Shown: positions 13,389 through 31,295 of the stretch, in pieces | How the letters are laid out: each line of letters starts with the position of its first letter | Numbering within the stretch: the stretch's first letter is position 1 | Source: Eledone cirrhosa | Lineage: Eukaryota | DNA: 64,000 nucleotides | Assembly: GCA_964016885.1 (NCBI GenBank) | Contig: OZ024743.1 | Location: 181,288,001 to 181,352,000, forward strand | Reading direction: 5' to 3' | Notes under the pieces: generated by a model | Told to the model about the DNA's origin: nothing | Databases searched by the model: none | Seen by the model: only the letters and a program-made list of their open reading frames with translations | Position numbers and translations under genes: made by a program

Positions 13389-13617
13389 TGGTTCTTTCGT
13401 CACACATTATGTGACCTCCTTAGCGACTAACCATTTTGTGCCTCCTCTTTTTCCTTATTGTTTGACGAACAAATGAATAACGAACAATAAAGTTAATGAT
13501 AAAGTGTGTTTCTTTCTATAGGCAATATTGGCAATATGACCATTCCCAAATGTAACAATATTGGTTTCAACACACGATTTCACATCATGAATCTTGTAGA
13601 ACAAATACATAAACGTA
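13389..13617. mobile_element. Diverged copy of the 8575-8787 element with degenerate hammerhead
   Basis: GTTCTTTCGTCACACA..TGTGACCTC and GGCAATATGACC..GGTTTCAACACACGATTTC shared; core mutated to CTAAGGA. Confidence 0.65.
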
Positions 13618-13619
13618 TA

Positions 13620-13711
<92 letters not shown>

Positions 13712-13804
13712 TATATAATGAAAAATTGAACAGGGACAGAACAGAGAGGCAGTACAATAAATGTTTATTAAATTCACGCTCAGGAGAGTGGGGGGTAGGT
13801 GGGG

Positions 13805-13838
13805 GACGATGTTTCGGGCATAAGCCCTTCTTCAGGTG
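13805..13838 (-). ncRNA. Ultra-minimal hammerhead-like motif in a probable Penelope-like terminal fragment
   Basis: Minus strand CAC-CTGAAGA-a-GGGC-ttat-GCCC-GAAA-CATCGTC, with AATAAA downstream on the same strand (~13765); stem I is very short. Confidence 0.5.
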
Positions 13839-14406
13839 AGAAGTGTGTGGGAACAGAGTTCAAAAGATGTGTAGGGGAGTGGTGGAGAGACATATAGCGA
13901 AAGGAAACGATGCGAATGAAAAATTAACAAATAAAGACAAAAAATATAATAAATAAAAATAAAGCATGATCAAAATACAAGGAAGGAGAAAATTTGAAAA
14001 TAAAGGCATGATCAAAATAAACTGAAATTAAAAGGGGGGTAAACAGGTGGTGGAAGGGTGTGGGGTTAGGTGTGCGTGTGTGTGTGTGTGTGTGTGTATG
14101 TGAAAGTGAGGGTTGGGGGAAGAACGGGGTTGCATGTTCAGGAAGGTGAGTGTGGGGGGTGTTTTTGTGGGTAGGAGTGTCTGTGCGTGTGTGGATAGGG
14201 GGGTGAGGGGAGAGGAATCAGGAGGCTGAGGGTGTAAATATGTGGTGGGAAGCACGTGTGTGTGGTTTAAGCGTGTTGTGGGTGTGGGTGGCGTGTGGAT
14301 AAAAAAAAAATTTGGGGGGGTGTGTGTGGGTGAGTTATGTAGGTGGTGGTGTAAGAGGATGGTTGAAAAGTTGGTAATTTCCACGGATGTTTGGAGATTT
14401 GTTTAG

Positions 14407-16481
<2,075 letters not shown>

Positions 16482-16482
16482 T

Positions 16483-16559
<77 letters not shown>

Positions 16560-16614
16560 TAAGCGTTTGTTTGTTTGTTTGGAAGACAGCGAACGAGGTT
16601 TAATTTAGTAGAAA

Positions 16615-17306
<692 letters not shown>

Positions 17307-17584
17307 TCTCGGTAAGCTCCGCCATACTGCATTTAGGTTTCTTTGTACTGGAATTAAATATATTTTCTCTTAGTGTATAAATAATATTTTTTTCTTTAAC
17401 ACATTTGGCGATATATTTATTTATAAAAGCAATTACCAGCTGACGTAAAGAAACTAATAGCTATCAGAATTTGAATATATTTTACAGAGTTCACTGACTG
17501 CAGATATAATTCAGATATCATAAGTAATTCATTGTCCAGCTGTATCCCTGTTTCCATTCTCAATTATAACCATGTTTTAATGCA

Positions 17585-17700
17585 TTAGAGTTACGTCCCT
17601 TTATGATCTGAGTTCAAATCCCGCTGAGGTTAATTTTGCCTTTCATCCTTACGTGGTCGATAAAATAAAGTACCTTGTGCCAAATATAGAAACAATTAAT
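17585..17700 (+). mobile_element. 5'-truncated SINE copy
   Basis: CTGAGTTCAAATCCCGCTGAGGTTAATTTTGCCTTTCATCCTTACGTGGTCGATAAAATAAAGTACC. Confidence 0.8.
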
Positions 17701-17782
17701 AACTAGAATTTCCTACAAACATTCGGGTGCGCTATCAGCTATCAGCTTCCGTCCGCGCCTCTAACCTCTTTCTGAAGATTTC

Positions 17783-17852
<70 letters not shown>

Positions 17853-17984
17853 TCCTTTCTCTCCACCTCATTAGTGACATTCTCCCATTACAGTTCCTCT
17901 CAAATATGAAGGTCAAGGTCAATTAGATGTTATATAAAAACTTAGCTCTTAAAATATTTTCTAGTCACCTACCAACTTGACGAG

Positions 17985-18255
17985 AGGGAGACCCCGTGTA
18001 AGGTGGCTGGATAACATCAATGAGCTTGGCTGGTCTCGCTTGGGTATCTAGCCGGATCAATTGGAGATGGTTGTGCTTCTGACAGGACCCGCTGGAAAGG
18101 AGTGTTTGAGGACTCCGCTCCCACGCAGGAAGAAGAAGAAGAAGAAGAAGAAGAAGAAGAAGAAGAAGAAGAAGAAGAAGAAGAAGAAGAAGAAGAAGAA
18201 GAAGAAGAAGAAGAAGAAGAAGAAGAAGAAGAAGAAGAAGAAGAAGAAGAAGAAG
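17985..18255 (+). mobile_element. RTE-clade LINE 3' end with expanded (GAA)n tail
   Basis: Encodes GRPRVRWLDNINELGWSRLG-like C-terminus; (GAA)n at 18129-18255. Confidence 0.75.
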
Positions 18256-19109
18256 AATCTACAAGTTAGGTTTCCATGGGCGTCCGGCGCATTAGACCGT
18301 CGTCTATTGACAAGGACACAGCTGTATAGCTATCAACAACATATTAGTAAAAGTGATTCAAGATTGTTGTCTAGTATATTAGCAAGGTATATGTATGAAT
18401 CTGCGGGTAGCCTGTTTCCTGATCTTTCACAATAACGTATATTTAAGTGAATACTTTATTCGACCAATCATTGTTTTCACAGTGTTGTTGTTTATCTTGG
18501 GGGAGGGGCATCTTCTGTCTTAGAACGAAAGTAAACGAGAGTGACGAGAGTGAGTATAAACTTTGTATACAGTTAATGTGGTGTGGTCAATATATATACA
18601 TATATACCAGGTCCGAACACAATGGAACCAAACTGCCACTGTCATTGCCTCCGTCTCTTCCGCTCTTCCGATCTTTCACTATTGTAAGCAAATGGGGGAC
18701 CATGCACTGGCCGCCTTGCGGCATCGGCGGACAGAATAGAGAAGACGTTTCCCCCGGAGGATGGTGAAGGAGTCGCTCTGGAAGAGTCATTCATGATTTA
18801 CCTTTTGGTTGCAAGGTCATGCCGTTTCTACATTATTTTAGGCAAACACTTTCTTTCCTAAAGAAAGTTGGTAGAGCTAACATCGTGGGCATAATTAAGG
18901 GGCATTCTTGATTTGGGAAGAGATGCTATGAAACTGGAACTTACTGTAAATATCTAAGTACAAAATCGAGAGAACAGAGACTTGCATGAATTCCCTTTTT
19001 GTCATGGCAAATGGAGGGAACAACTGAACTCTGATTGCTAGAATGAACTTTCAAATGATGTCGACGTTTTATCAAATCAACATGACATGAAATAAAGGTT
19101 TCTGATTTG

Positions 19110-19378
19110 GACACAAGCTCCGATACTACAGACATCTGGTAAAAATCTCTCAGGAAAGAATGACTGGACAGATTTTACGGGTAAAACCAACCGGCAGGAG
19201 ACCAAGGAGTAGATCCTGAGCAAGATGGTTGGATAACATCCATGAGCTTGGTTGATCTCACTTGGGGATCCAGCTGGTTCAATTGAAGACAGTTGCTTCT
19301 GACAAGACCCACTGGAAAAAGTTTTTGAGGACTCTGTCCCCACGATTCTGTCAGGAATAAGTGGGCGAAGAAGAAGAG
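19110..19378 (+). mobile_element. RTE-clade LINE 3' end
   Basis: Translates LRYYRHLVKISQERMTGQILRVKPTGRRPRSRS*ARWLDNIHELG; ends GGCGAAGAAGAAG. Confidence 0.75.
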
Positions 19379-19504
19379 AAAAGTGTAAGGGTATTCTTTA
19401 AATGAGTGCAATGTACTAAGTCGCCACATATTCTTCTTAGATCATTCATTGCTATACATGTGTACTCACTTATATATATTAATTTCTGGTAATTACCTCG
19501 AGCC

Positions 19505-20550
<1,046 letters not shown>

Positions 20551-21549
20551 GACGAGTGCCAGCATAAGTTCTCTGACCATCAACACACTTCTTTAACACT
20601 TCCGCTGTAACCTCCTCCGTTGTCTTCATCAACGTCGATACCTTCAACGTCATTCGTTCTTTTTATAATCGTTAAAGTGTAGCTGAGTCGAAATGTCCTG
20701 TTTGGTCAGCAGACCGTGGGAACAGACGGCAGCAAAAAGTCAAGGGCCGAATACTTCAAGCCATATAGAACAAGTAGGGCGTTAGTCAACTCCAGAACAC
20801 TTCCTCATTCTAGCTTGGTCGCTTTTCCTTCCTTCTTTCTTACTTTCTTCCTCTTCCCCCCTCTCTCCCTCTCTCTCTCTCTCTCTCACACACTCTCTCT
20901 CTCTTTCTCTCCTCTTCTTTAATTTCGTTTTAATTTCTTTCAGATGAAATGATTCAAGGACACTCAAACACATACATACAAACAGAATCACATACCATAC
21001 ATACATATACATATATTATATAGATGTATGCATATATATATATATATATATACATACCCTCATGTGTACGCATGTGTGATATGTAAATATACTTGACATA
21101 CATATATACAGTATATATATATATATATATATATACAAAATATAAAATTATTACTATATATGTATATATATGTATGTATGTATGTATGATTTTATACGCA
21201 TTTATATCAAGTACATCGTCGAGACAGACACATTCAAATGCAATGACGCCCACCCACACAGTTAGACCACACTTATACAGCCACACACATATATATGTAT
21301 ATATATACATATATATATATATGTGTGTAGAGAAGGGGGGGGTAAGAGGAGATAGAGAGAGCTTTTACTTGTTCCAGCCCTCGAGCTAAGGTCATGCTGG
21401 AGCACCGTCAATCCTCAGGTGGTTATTAATCTTCTTGGATTGTCTCAAGATTTGCAGCTGATTCGACTCTGTGGTGTGACCACACGGCGATTCCTGGCGA
21501 TGCTCTATGTCCTTGAGCTAGACGCTCTATTTCTTGTGACTCCAGTCCT

Positions 21550-21621
21550 TTACTATTAAAAATTGTCTTTAAAAATATTTATTGCAATAAATATTTTTTA
21601 AAGACAATTTTTAATAGTAAA
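21550..21621. repeat. ~72-bp near-perfect AT-rich palindrome
   Basis: TTTACTATTAAAAATTGTCTTTAAAAATATTTATTG|CAATAAATATTTTTTAAAGACAATTTTTAATAGTAAA. Confidence 0.85.
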
Positions 21622-21949
21622 TAAATCTAAAGGTAAAAGAAATTTAAAATATCTGAAAATGAAGACAATCTTTGAGAAGTGTTTTTATGATTACACCTTA
21701 TTTTCTTTTTTTTTTTTTTCTTATTTTTATTTTTTTTTTTTTGTCTTTTATATTTCGTCTGTAAAATGTTTGCAGGAAGTCAATCTGGGAGCCAATACTT
21801 CCGGTCTCTACTTTCTCTTATCTCTCTCTCTCAGAGTAGAGTATCACTTCCCACTCAGTATATTTATATTCGTTTGGTTATTCAATCCTTAAAATAATGT
21901 TGATCTTTTTTTGTTTGTTTATTTATTTTGTAGTTTTTCTCGCAAGAGT

Positions 21950-22185
21950 TCTTCCTTCCTTTCTTACCTACTCTCGCGAGATGTCCGTACTTCCTCCATT
22001 TCTTACCTACTCTCGCGAGATGTCCTTCCTTCCTTTCTTACCTACTATCGCGAGATGTCCTTCATTCATTTCTTACCTACTCTTGCGAGATATCCTTTCT
22101 ACATTTCTTACCTACTCGCGCGAGATGTCCTTCCTTCCTGCCTAACCTACTCTCGCGAGATGTCCTTTCCTTCAGTACCTACTCT
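21950..22185. repeat. Minisatellite, ~34-38 bp unit TTTCTTACCTACTCTCGCGAGATGTCCTTCCTTCC, ~6-7 copies
   Basis: Direct tandem repetition; each unit carries the palindrome TCTCGCGAGA. Confidence 0.85.
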
Positions 22186-23044
22186 TCTGAAACTACAAAT
22201 TTATTTTTCTCTTCCTATTGTTCATCTTTCCCCCCTTTTTTTGTTTTGTCTTCTTCACCTTTATATCGCAGAAAGAAATTACGCGAGGAAACTGAAATCT
22301 TACCCAATTTAACAATTTCCCGGATATATATCTTGGATATTTTCTGGAATTATATAGAAAGAGAAGTACAAGGCCACCCACGTTGCTTATGGTTGTAAAA
22401 CATGGGAAAACGTTTAACCCACCAATGAAGCAAGATACACCTTAGAACTAACCTCCGTCTGTTTCGACGATGAGTATCCCAGTAGTCCAATCAATTGAAG
22501 AGACTTCTCTTGAAATTAATATGTAATTGGCTGAACATTTCACAGATACGTGTACCGTTAACAGATTGAATGCGATCCTAACTTGGAATATTCTTTACCA
22601 AACTACACTATGTATACATACGTACATACACATACACACACATAAATATGTGAAAAGAGGACCGTTATTGCTCCAATCAGTCCACAAACACTCAGCACGC
22701 AAATACTCTAAACCACTCATGACTCCAAACAGACGAAATCGCACTGTCCCACCAAATTCGGCAAACCAAATGCAGACCACCCACCTTCCTAAATTCAGCA
22801 TACCTAACTTGATCGTAACAGCCACCAAATGAGGAGGACAGACGTTATAAAGCTGCAGCTGTCATATTACGTAGTTTCAGTATAATAAAGCTAATAAAGT
22901 TATCATTATCTGCAGCGACTACGACCCCATTACGAAACATTATCTGCAGTGACTGCGACCCCATTACGTAACAGGCCATGCTCTACCTTCTCACGTCGTC
23001 TCTCCAATTTAAACCTTTAAATTATCCACCTAGATGACGTGATA

Positions 23045-26000
23045 TCTCTATATATATAAAACGGTAGATGTGTGTGTTTATGATTTTTTATGCATTTCCA
23101 CATTTCTCTACCGATTTTGATGATTTTTTTTCCAATGTGCTCCAAATTTACCAGGGCAGGTCAACGCGTAATTATTTTTGCCAAATATTTCCTGCTTCTA
23201 TGAAAAAAAATCGATAAAACTAAATACATTCTGTAACCCTCTCTCTTACACGCTTCATTCCTCTCACTACTACCATCAAAAATATATGAAACTACATACA
23301 TGTTGCAACTCTCTTTAAAAGGTTCATCCTTTCCTCTACTCCACTCTCAATCTCCTCTGCAACTCTCTTTAAAAGGTTCATCACTCTCTCTATTCCCCCC
23401 CCCCTCAATCTCCTCTGCAACTCTCTTTAAAAGGTTACTGCCTCCGTCTACTACTCTATCACCATTACAATTTAGAACAACGACAAAACTTCTTTTGAAG
23501 GAACGCGACACAAACTTTGAAACCTAAGCAACACAACAACCATAGCTTTATTCTCTCCGTCGCTCTTCCCCCTCTCTATAATTTAACTGCTTTACTCTCT
23601 TCATGCTTCGAGGTTTAATACTAGCTTCACTCTATCCGTCGCTCTTCTCTCTCTATATAATAAATCATTCCCCCTATTCGTTCGGGAACGCGAAAAAAAC
23701 TTTGATAACTAAGCAACACATCATTTTATACAACAACAAACAGTCATAACGACACTCATACATCAAATATCAAAATTTAAAAAGCCGATAACACTAAATA
23801 CATACTGCTCTCTCAGCGTTATATTTTACATACTTACATTTTACATCAAATAACAAATATTCAAAAGCAACAGATGAATTTATAAAACAACAAACGTAAC
23901 ATACTACCTATATGACAACACTGCAGAGAGAGAAACAATGTATATGATCAAATGGAGCGTTCCGTATATTCACCCTCTCTATAATTTAACTGCTTTACTC
24001 TCTCTGTCGCTCTTCATTCCCTATATGACAACAGTGCAGAGAGAGAAACAATGTATATGATCAAATGGAGCGTTCCGTATATTCCCCCTATCTATAATTT
24101 AACTGCTTTACTCTCTCTGTCGTTCTTCACTCTCTATATGACAACACTGCAGTGGAGCGTTCCGTATTGACATACGGTTTATCTGAGGCATTTTCAATCG
24201 GCTTATTGCAAATAACAACCCGCAAAATAATACTTCATATAACAGATTAATGCTATAGACATATGAATCGGAATGTAACCCGTGAACTTTTTCCTGGGCA
24301 AAATGACCTCATTGCCAGAGTGTTCAGACTGAAACTGGCTAAACTCATGGCTTTAATAAAAAAGGTCAGGTATTTGGAGCTGTAAAATGTGACATGTTCA
24401 CCATCGAATGGCAAAAACGAGGGCTGCCACATGCTCACATTTTGATTTGGTTAGCTGATAAAATCAATTCAAATGCCATAGACAGCTTCATTTCGGCTGA
24501 AATCCCTAACCCAGCAACTGACCACGAATTACATGACATCGTCAAAGGTAACATGATTCATGGTCCGTGTGCGTCGGGTCCTAATGAGCATCATACGTGT
24601 CTGAAAAGGAGGTCGTGCAGTAAGGGATACCCCCAAAGATTTGTTGACCAGACTCAGACTGGTGGCGATGGGTACCCCCAGTACAGGCGGAGACAGCCCG
24701 AGAACGGTGGCTTCACCACAACAGTAAGGGGAGGTCAAGTCGACAATAGATGGGTGGTCCCTTACTGCCCACTTCTCTTGAAGATGTTCAACGCCCACAT
24801 CAACGTTGAGTTTTGCAACTCCGTCAAGTCGATAAAATACATATACAAATATGTAAATAAGGGCTCTGATGCCGCAATGTTCGCATTTCAAGCTGAAAAT
24901 AGCAGGGACGAGGTCACAGAATACCTGGCGGGGCGGTACAAGGGTAACAATGAAGCTTTTTGGCGCCTATTTGGTTTACCCCTACACCAACGTCACCCCG
25001 CCATCGCACAGCTTGCAGTACATTTGGAAAAGTGGCAAAGGGTTTACTTTACGGACCAAACCGCCGCCAAGTTGGCCGCCGATCCGAAAGAGACCACTCT
25101 GACGGGTTTCTTCAAACTTTGCCAGTTCGATACATTTGCGCAAACAATTGTGTACTCCCAGGTTCCATCCTACTTTATATGGTCGAAAAACACTTGGGTG
25201 CGAAGAAAGTCAGGTCAGGCTGCTGAAAGACATCCTGGTGTAAAATTTGACAGCTGTCTTGGAAGGGTTTACACTGTTCCCCCAAGTCAGCATGAGTGCT
25301 TTTATCTCCGCCTTCTTCTGCATGCAGTTGTAGGCCCACAAAGTTTTCAGGACCTCAAAACTGTTGATGGAGAAATATGTGATACGTACCGGGAAGCCTG
25401 CTTTAAGCGTGGTCTTTTGGAAGTTGATTCGCAATGGGATTCCACTTTAGCAGAGGGTGCTTTGTTGAAATCACCTAAAGGTCTACGGGAACTATTTGCT
25501 ATTTTGCTTCAAAAGTGTGAATTGGGTGATCCCAAATCTTTATGGGTCAAGTACAGAGACTTCATGTCTGAGGACTTCCTGCGCCGGGCTCATCTGCAGT
25601 ATACTTCAGTTGGTTACAGCGACATTATCTACAACAGGGCACTCATTGATATCGAAGACGCCCTCCTCAACATGGGTGGGAGTAAGTTGGCGACGTATGG
25701 CTTGCCGTCAACCGTCAGAGAGGAAGCTAACACGTTGGCCCCGGATTTGTTGCGGGAAACAGCATATGACATCGAATCTCTTTCCCAATACTTAGAGGAA
25801 AATGAGCCCAAACTTCTGTCGGACCAAAGGTTGGCCTATTTAACTATCATTGACGTGGTTCAAAATCAGACTGGGGATATTTACTTTCTCGATGCTCCTG
25901 GGGGTACCGGAAAAACTTATGTAACGAAATTGATTCTCGCTAAGATTCTTCAGGAGAAAAAAATTGCGTTGGCCGTTGCATCGTCCGGGATCGCTGCTAC

Positions 26001-27486
26001 TTTGCTGCCGGGAGGTAGGACAGCACATTCATCCTTTAAACTCCTCTTGGATTTAGTAAAAACTGAGACACCAACATGCAATATCAGAGTTCACACGAAG
26101 CTCTGGTTCTCAAAAAATGTTGCCTCATTGTTTGGGATAGGTGCACAATGACATACAAGGGTGCCCTTGAGGCATTGGACAGGACCCTGAAAGACATTAG
26201 GGATTCTACGGCTCCTATGGGTGGCGTAACCCTTCTGCTATCAGGGGATTTTCGGCAAACGCTGCCTGTCATCCCCAAAGGGACAAGAGCTGATGAAGTG
26301 CGTGCCTGTCTTAAGTCGGCCATGTTGTGGATCCAGGTGAAGAGTTTCTACCTGAGCACAAATATTCGTGCTCATTTGCATGGTGACAACATGTCTGCAA
26401 CATTTGCTCAGAATATTTTAGCACTTGGTGAGGGCAAGGTCCCTGCCGATGACAAGGGCGGCATAGCAATTGACTCCCTGTGCAACATTGTGAGCAGCCC
26501 TTCTGACCTTTGGGAAGCAGTTTTTCCTAATGTCTCATCTAACTTTAAAAACTTCGATTGGTTCAGCGAAAGAGCCATCCTTGCTCCGAAAAATACCATG
26601 GTTAATTTTATTAACGAGCAGCTGATTGAGAAAAGTCCCGGTAAAGAATACATCTTCAAATCTATCGACCGGACATCAGACCCCGACGATATCGTTAATT
26701 ATCCGGTTGAGTTATTAAATTCCCTTGAGCCCCAGGGCTCCCACCTCACATTCTTAAGCTTAGGGTTGGCTGTCCCATTATGCTAATAAGGAAATTGCGT
26801 CCACAAAAGCAGTGCAACGGTACTCGCATGGTCGTCAAGTCACTGACGCCCCACTTGATTGAGGCCACCATTGTAACGGGGTGCGGGAGAGGGGAGAATG
26901 TTTTCATTCCAAGGATGAACCTTTCCCCTCGGCGTCAAATATCCCGTTCGATTTCCGGCGATCCCAATTTCCGGTGAGTCCATGTTTTGCCATGTCCATT
27001 AACAAGTCACAAGGGCAAACATTGTCGGTGGCGGGCATCCATTTGGGGGAGCCATGCTTCTCCCATGGCCAACTTTATGTTGCCTGTTCCCGCGTAGGGA
27101 GCAGGAATGGACTTTATGCTTATACTCCTCAAGGGATGACACGCAATATCGTCTACAAAGAGGTGCTATAGATGTTGGTGCAGGTGTTGAGGTGTTGGAG
27201 CTATGCCGTCTGGAAAACTGGTAGGGTCACCCATAGCGGACAGATCTGACACCCAGCGCCATCAGGACCACCATCTTGCAACTTTGGTCTACTAAATTCG
27301 CTATTGGAAGATTATTAACCCATCATTGATTGTCCAAAATGCTAATTGGTTCGTAACTATTAATAACCGGTTCAACTGCTTTATGCACTTAATTGATAAG
27401 CTTATGCGCGTTTAAGCTACGTTTACCTGTTTGTAACTTTTCATAGCAAATGAACAAACCCGAGCAACGCCGGGCTAAATTGCTAG
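23045..27486 (+). mobile_element. Helitron (rolling-circle transposon), ~4.4 kb, decayed and internally deleted
   Basis: 5' A|TCTCTATATATATAAAA; 3' CCCGAGCAACGCCGGG hairpin then CTAG|T; no TSD; contains RepHel remnant; internal tandem duplications at 23300-24170. Confidence 0.9.
24260..27171 (+). pseudogene. Helitron RepHel (HUH Rep + PIF1-family helicase), frameshifted
   Basis: EWQKRGLPHAHILIW (HUH), KYIYKYVNKG (catalytic Tyr), APGGTGKT (Walker A), GGRTAHS, WDRCTM (Walker B DE mutated to DR), GDFRQTLPV, QFPVSPCFAMSINKSQGQT, HGQLYVACSRV. Split across ORFs 24394-26151, 26076-26786, 26780-26977 and 26881-27171; the N-terminal Rep motif 1 was not found. Confidence 0.95.
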
Positions 27487-27653
27487 TATATATATATTCA
27501 GGGAGTGTAATGTGAAGTTACTGTAGGTTCACCCAGGTGAGCACTCGATGTTTAGGTTCACGTCAGTGGTGAGGTGTAGAGCGATATAGAGTGTAATATA
27601 ATAATACAAGGACGATTTGTTAAGCCTTCATTACGTTTATTGATTGGTGACGA

Positions 27654-27690
<37 letters not shown>

Positions 27691-27727
27691 ATAAGTATAT
27701 ATATATAACTGTTTCTAAGTATATATA

Positions 27728-27895
27728 TAATTGTTTCTACTTTTGGCAAAGGCCAGCAATTATCCCAGTGCATTACTGGTGTTTTATTTTATCGACTCCG
27801 TAAGGATGAAAAGTAAAGTTAACGCCGGCGGGATTTGAACTCAGACTGTAAAGAGGCGTAACTCTATGCTGCAAAGCATGGCGTCCGACATTTTC
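27728..27895 (-). mobile_element. SINE copy
   Basis: Reverse complement of the family consensus. Confidence 0.85.
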
Positions 27896-28013
27896 ATATT
27901 CTACAACGCCACAATGCTTCAAGCAAACTACAACATACTTTTATATATATATATGTGTGTGTGTGTCTTATGCGTGTCTATATATATATAAATACTAACA
28001 CACACACACATAG

Positions 28014-28070
<57 letters not shown>

Positions 28071-28273
28071 ATTACGTCTACATGTGTATAAGTATATATA
28101 TATATATATATTTGAATGTGTAATCAAGAAATAAAACTACAAAGTTCTATGATTGACACCCTGTTGTTGGAGGTCATTTCAACGAATGGGAAGTAATGCT
28201 TTGACATTCTCAAACCGGAAGAATCAATAGGCCATTCAGAAATCTTCTTGCCTAAATTTACTCACTCTTTCTC

Positions 28274-28317
<44 letters not shown>

Positions 28318-28331
28318 CTTTTTTCTTTCTT

Positions 28332-28369
<38 letters not shown>

Positions 28370-28599
28370 CATGCCTATAAGACTTTGGTGTATGAGTTCC
28401 CACTAAGAGGAAAGCGCCACCTTCCTGCATCTATTTCACCTACTTAACATTTCTCCTCTTTCCTCTTCCTCCTTCCTCCTTCCTCCTTCCTCCTTCCGCT
28501 TCCCCTTCCTCTTCCTCTTCCACTCACCCTTCACCTTTTTCTTATTCTCACATTCCATCTTTGTATCCACAGGATCATCGTTATTTATTATTATCATTA

Positions 28600-28953
28600 T
28601 TTGGCAGTATCGGACGCCATACTTTCCAGCATAGTTACGTCCTTTTACGATCTGAGTTCAAATCTAGCCGAGGTTGACTTTGCCTTTCATCCTTACGAGG
28701 TCGATAAAATAAAGTACCCGTAATGCACTGGGTAATTGTTGGCCTTGTGCCTAAAGTAGAAACAATTATTTGGCAGTATCGGTAGAGGGTTTGACGCCAT
28801 GCTCTGCAGCAAAGAGTTATGGCCCTTTATGGCCTGAGTTCAAATCCTGCCGAGGTTAACTTTACCTTTCATCCTAACGGGATCGATAAAATAAAGTGCC
28901 AGTAATACACTGGGGTAATTGCTGGCCTTGTGCCAAAAGTAGAAACAATTATT
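28600..28953 (+). mobile_element. Head-to-tail SINE dimer
   Basis: Two copies joined at AGAAACAATTATT|TGGCAGTATCGG (~28770). Confidence 0.85.
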
Positions 28954-29132
28954 ATTTTGTTTGTAGTTATTTGTATGAGTTCCTTCTTCTCCTTCACTAG
29001 ATAATCTTGTCGTCAAATTGTGCATACATATAATGCGATGAAATACCAATGATGGTTGGAAAATCACTGACGAAGGACTATTTTTATCATATGTAACCTA
29101 TGTGCAACCACGCAGTATCCTTCTTTCTTCTC

Positions 29133-29216
<84 letters not shown>

Positions 29217-29463
29217 AATCTACCAAAATGTACGGTAGTGTCCAATCCGTATGAAGAACTCAATGTAATCCGAATATCATGAAAAGAGGAGATGTATTCA
29301 AAAAAAATTTTTTTCCGATGAAAAATACAGGAAAACAGAGTCAAGATAAATTAATAAAAATAATGAATAAAAACAAAGAAACAGTTCCTTATATTAAAAA
29401 ATTCATGATGAATTTTTTTAATATAAGGAACTGTTTCTTTGTTTTTATTCATTATTTTTATTA

Positions 29464-29506
<43 letters not shown>

Positions 29507-29554
29507 AAAATTGCAAAAGCATGACCATCCCTAAGTATAACTATATATTTATAT

Positions 29555-29864
<310 letters not shown>

Positions 29865-29989
29865 ATTACATAAAGCAATAAAATGTTTTTATTCACAGTT
29901 GTATAAAAACGTTATGGTCCACCTGGTTCCTTACCACACTGCCTTCGTTATATATATATATATACGCACACACACACACACACACACAT

Positions 29990-30077
<88 letters not shown>

Positions 30078-30475
30078 TACATAAAGCAATAAAATGTTTT
30101 TATTCACAGTTGTATAAAAACAAACATTACCAATATTGATGGAAATATAAAAACAAAATTAATTAATGTAGAGAGGGGTAGATGTAAAGAAGGGTAGATT
30201 TGGCTGTGTAGGTAAGCATAGGAAGGGACTATAAATGCCATAACTGAGAGGTAAACGTGGGAAAGGGGACTATTAAACCACCGAAGAAAGCGGGGTAAAG
30301 GGAGACAGTGATAGGCTCTATGCCTAGGACGCGGCGGTGCTTTAGCTGCACCCACGGACAAAACTGCAAAGACATGTTGCTTCAATTTCCTATATCTCTG
30401 CATTCGTGGTAAATATATGTATGAGAAATATGTGGTTGCGAAAGTCTAGAGGTGTCATTGCACATATAAGCTCGC

Positions 30476-30564
30476 ATATCTGATGAGATGTCGGAAATGA
30501 GATGTACGGGTCCCGTAACCTTGATTATACCCTGAGCTGGTCGATATCGAAATAATTGTAATAT
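30476..30564 (+). ncRNA. Type-I hammerhead motif with long stem-II insertion
   Basis: ATAT-CTGATGA-GATGTCGG-(46 nt)-TCGATATC-GAAA-TAATTG-TA-ATAT; GUA triplet. Confidence 0.65.
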
Positions 30565-30586
30565 TTAAAATCTATCTATTTATCTA

Positions 30587-30633
<47 letters not shown>

Positions 30634-30774
30634 GTGTCAAAAGAGGTGGAACTGGTAGAGGAGGGGGGGGGGGGGGGGGGGGGCTATGACCCCCCCCCCC
30701 CAATCGTTATATTTCTCTCCCTAAACTATCAAAACAGACATCTACTTGTATATGCGCTACAATTGATGTACGTT

Positions 30775-31295
30775 ATGTAGAGATAGTTTGGAGAGATAGA
30801 TATAGATATAGGGAGGGAGAGAGTTTGGTGGTTACTGATATAGAGAGAGGTATTGGAAGAGAGTTCCGTGTTAATTGATATAGAGAGAAGGAACTTGGGA
30901 AAGAGTGTTGTATGGTTGATGTAGAGTGGGGGAGAGTTTGTTGGTAATGAATAGAGTGAGAGGATTGATAGAGGTAGGTATTGATATATATAGAGAGGGG
31001 GAAATTTTTGGTAGTGATGGATAGAGTGAGAGAAAATGAGAAAGCGTGTTGTATGGTAGATATAGAGAGGAGGATAGTTTGGTGGAAATTGATATAGAGA
31101 GGGGGTTGAGAGAGTATGTTGTATATTAGATATAGAGAGAGGGAGAGATTGATGTTTATTGATATAGAGAGGGGGAGAGTTTGGTGTTAATTGATATAGA
31201 GAAGTGGATTGGAAGAGAGTGAGTGCTGTGTAGCAGATATAGAGAGTGTGAGAGTTTAGGGTGTGATTTATATACAGAGGGGGATAGGGAGAGAT
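30775..31295. repeat. Degenerate tandem repeat with GATATAGAGAG core (~30-35 bp); inverse-orientation relative at 54315-54722
   Basis: Recurrent GATATAGAGAG(G)GG...GTTTGGTG motif. Confidence 0.7.
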
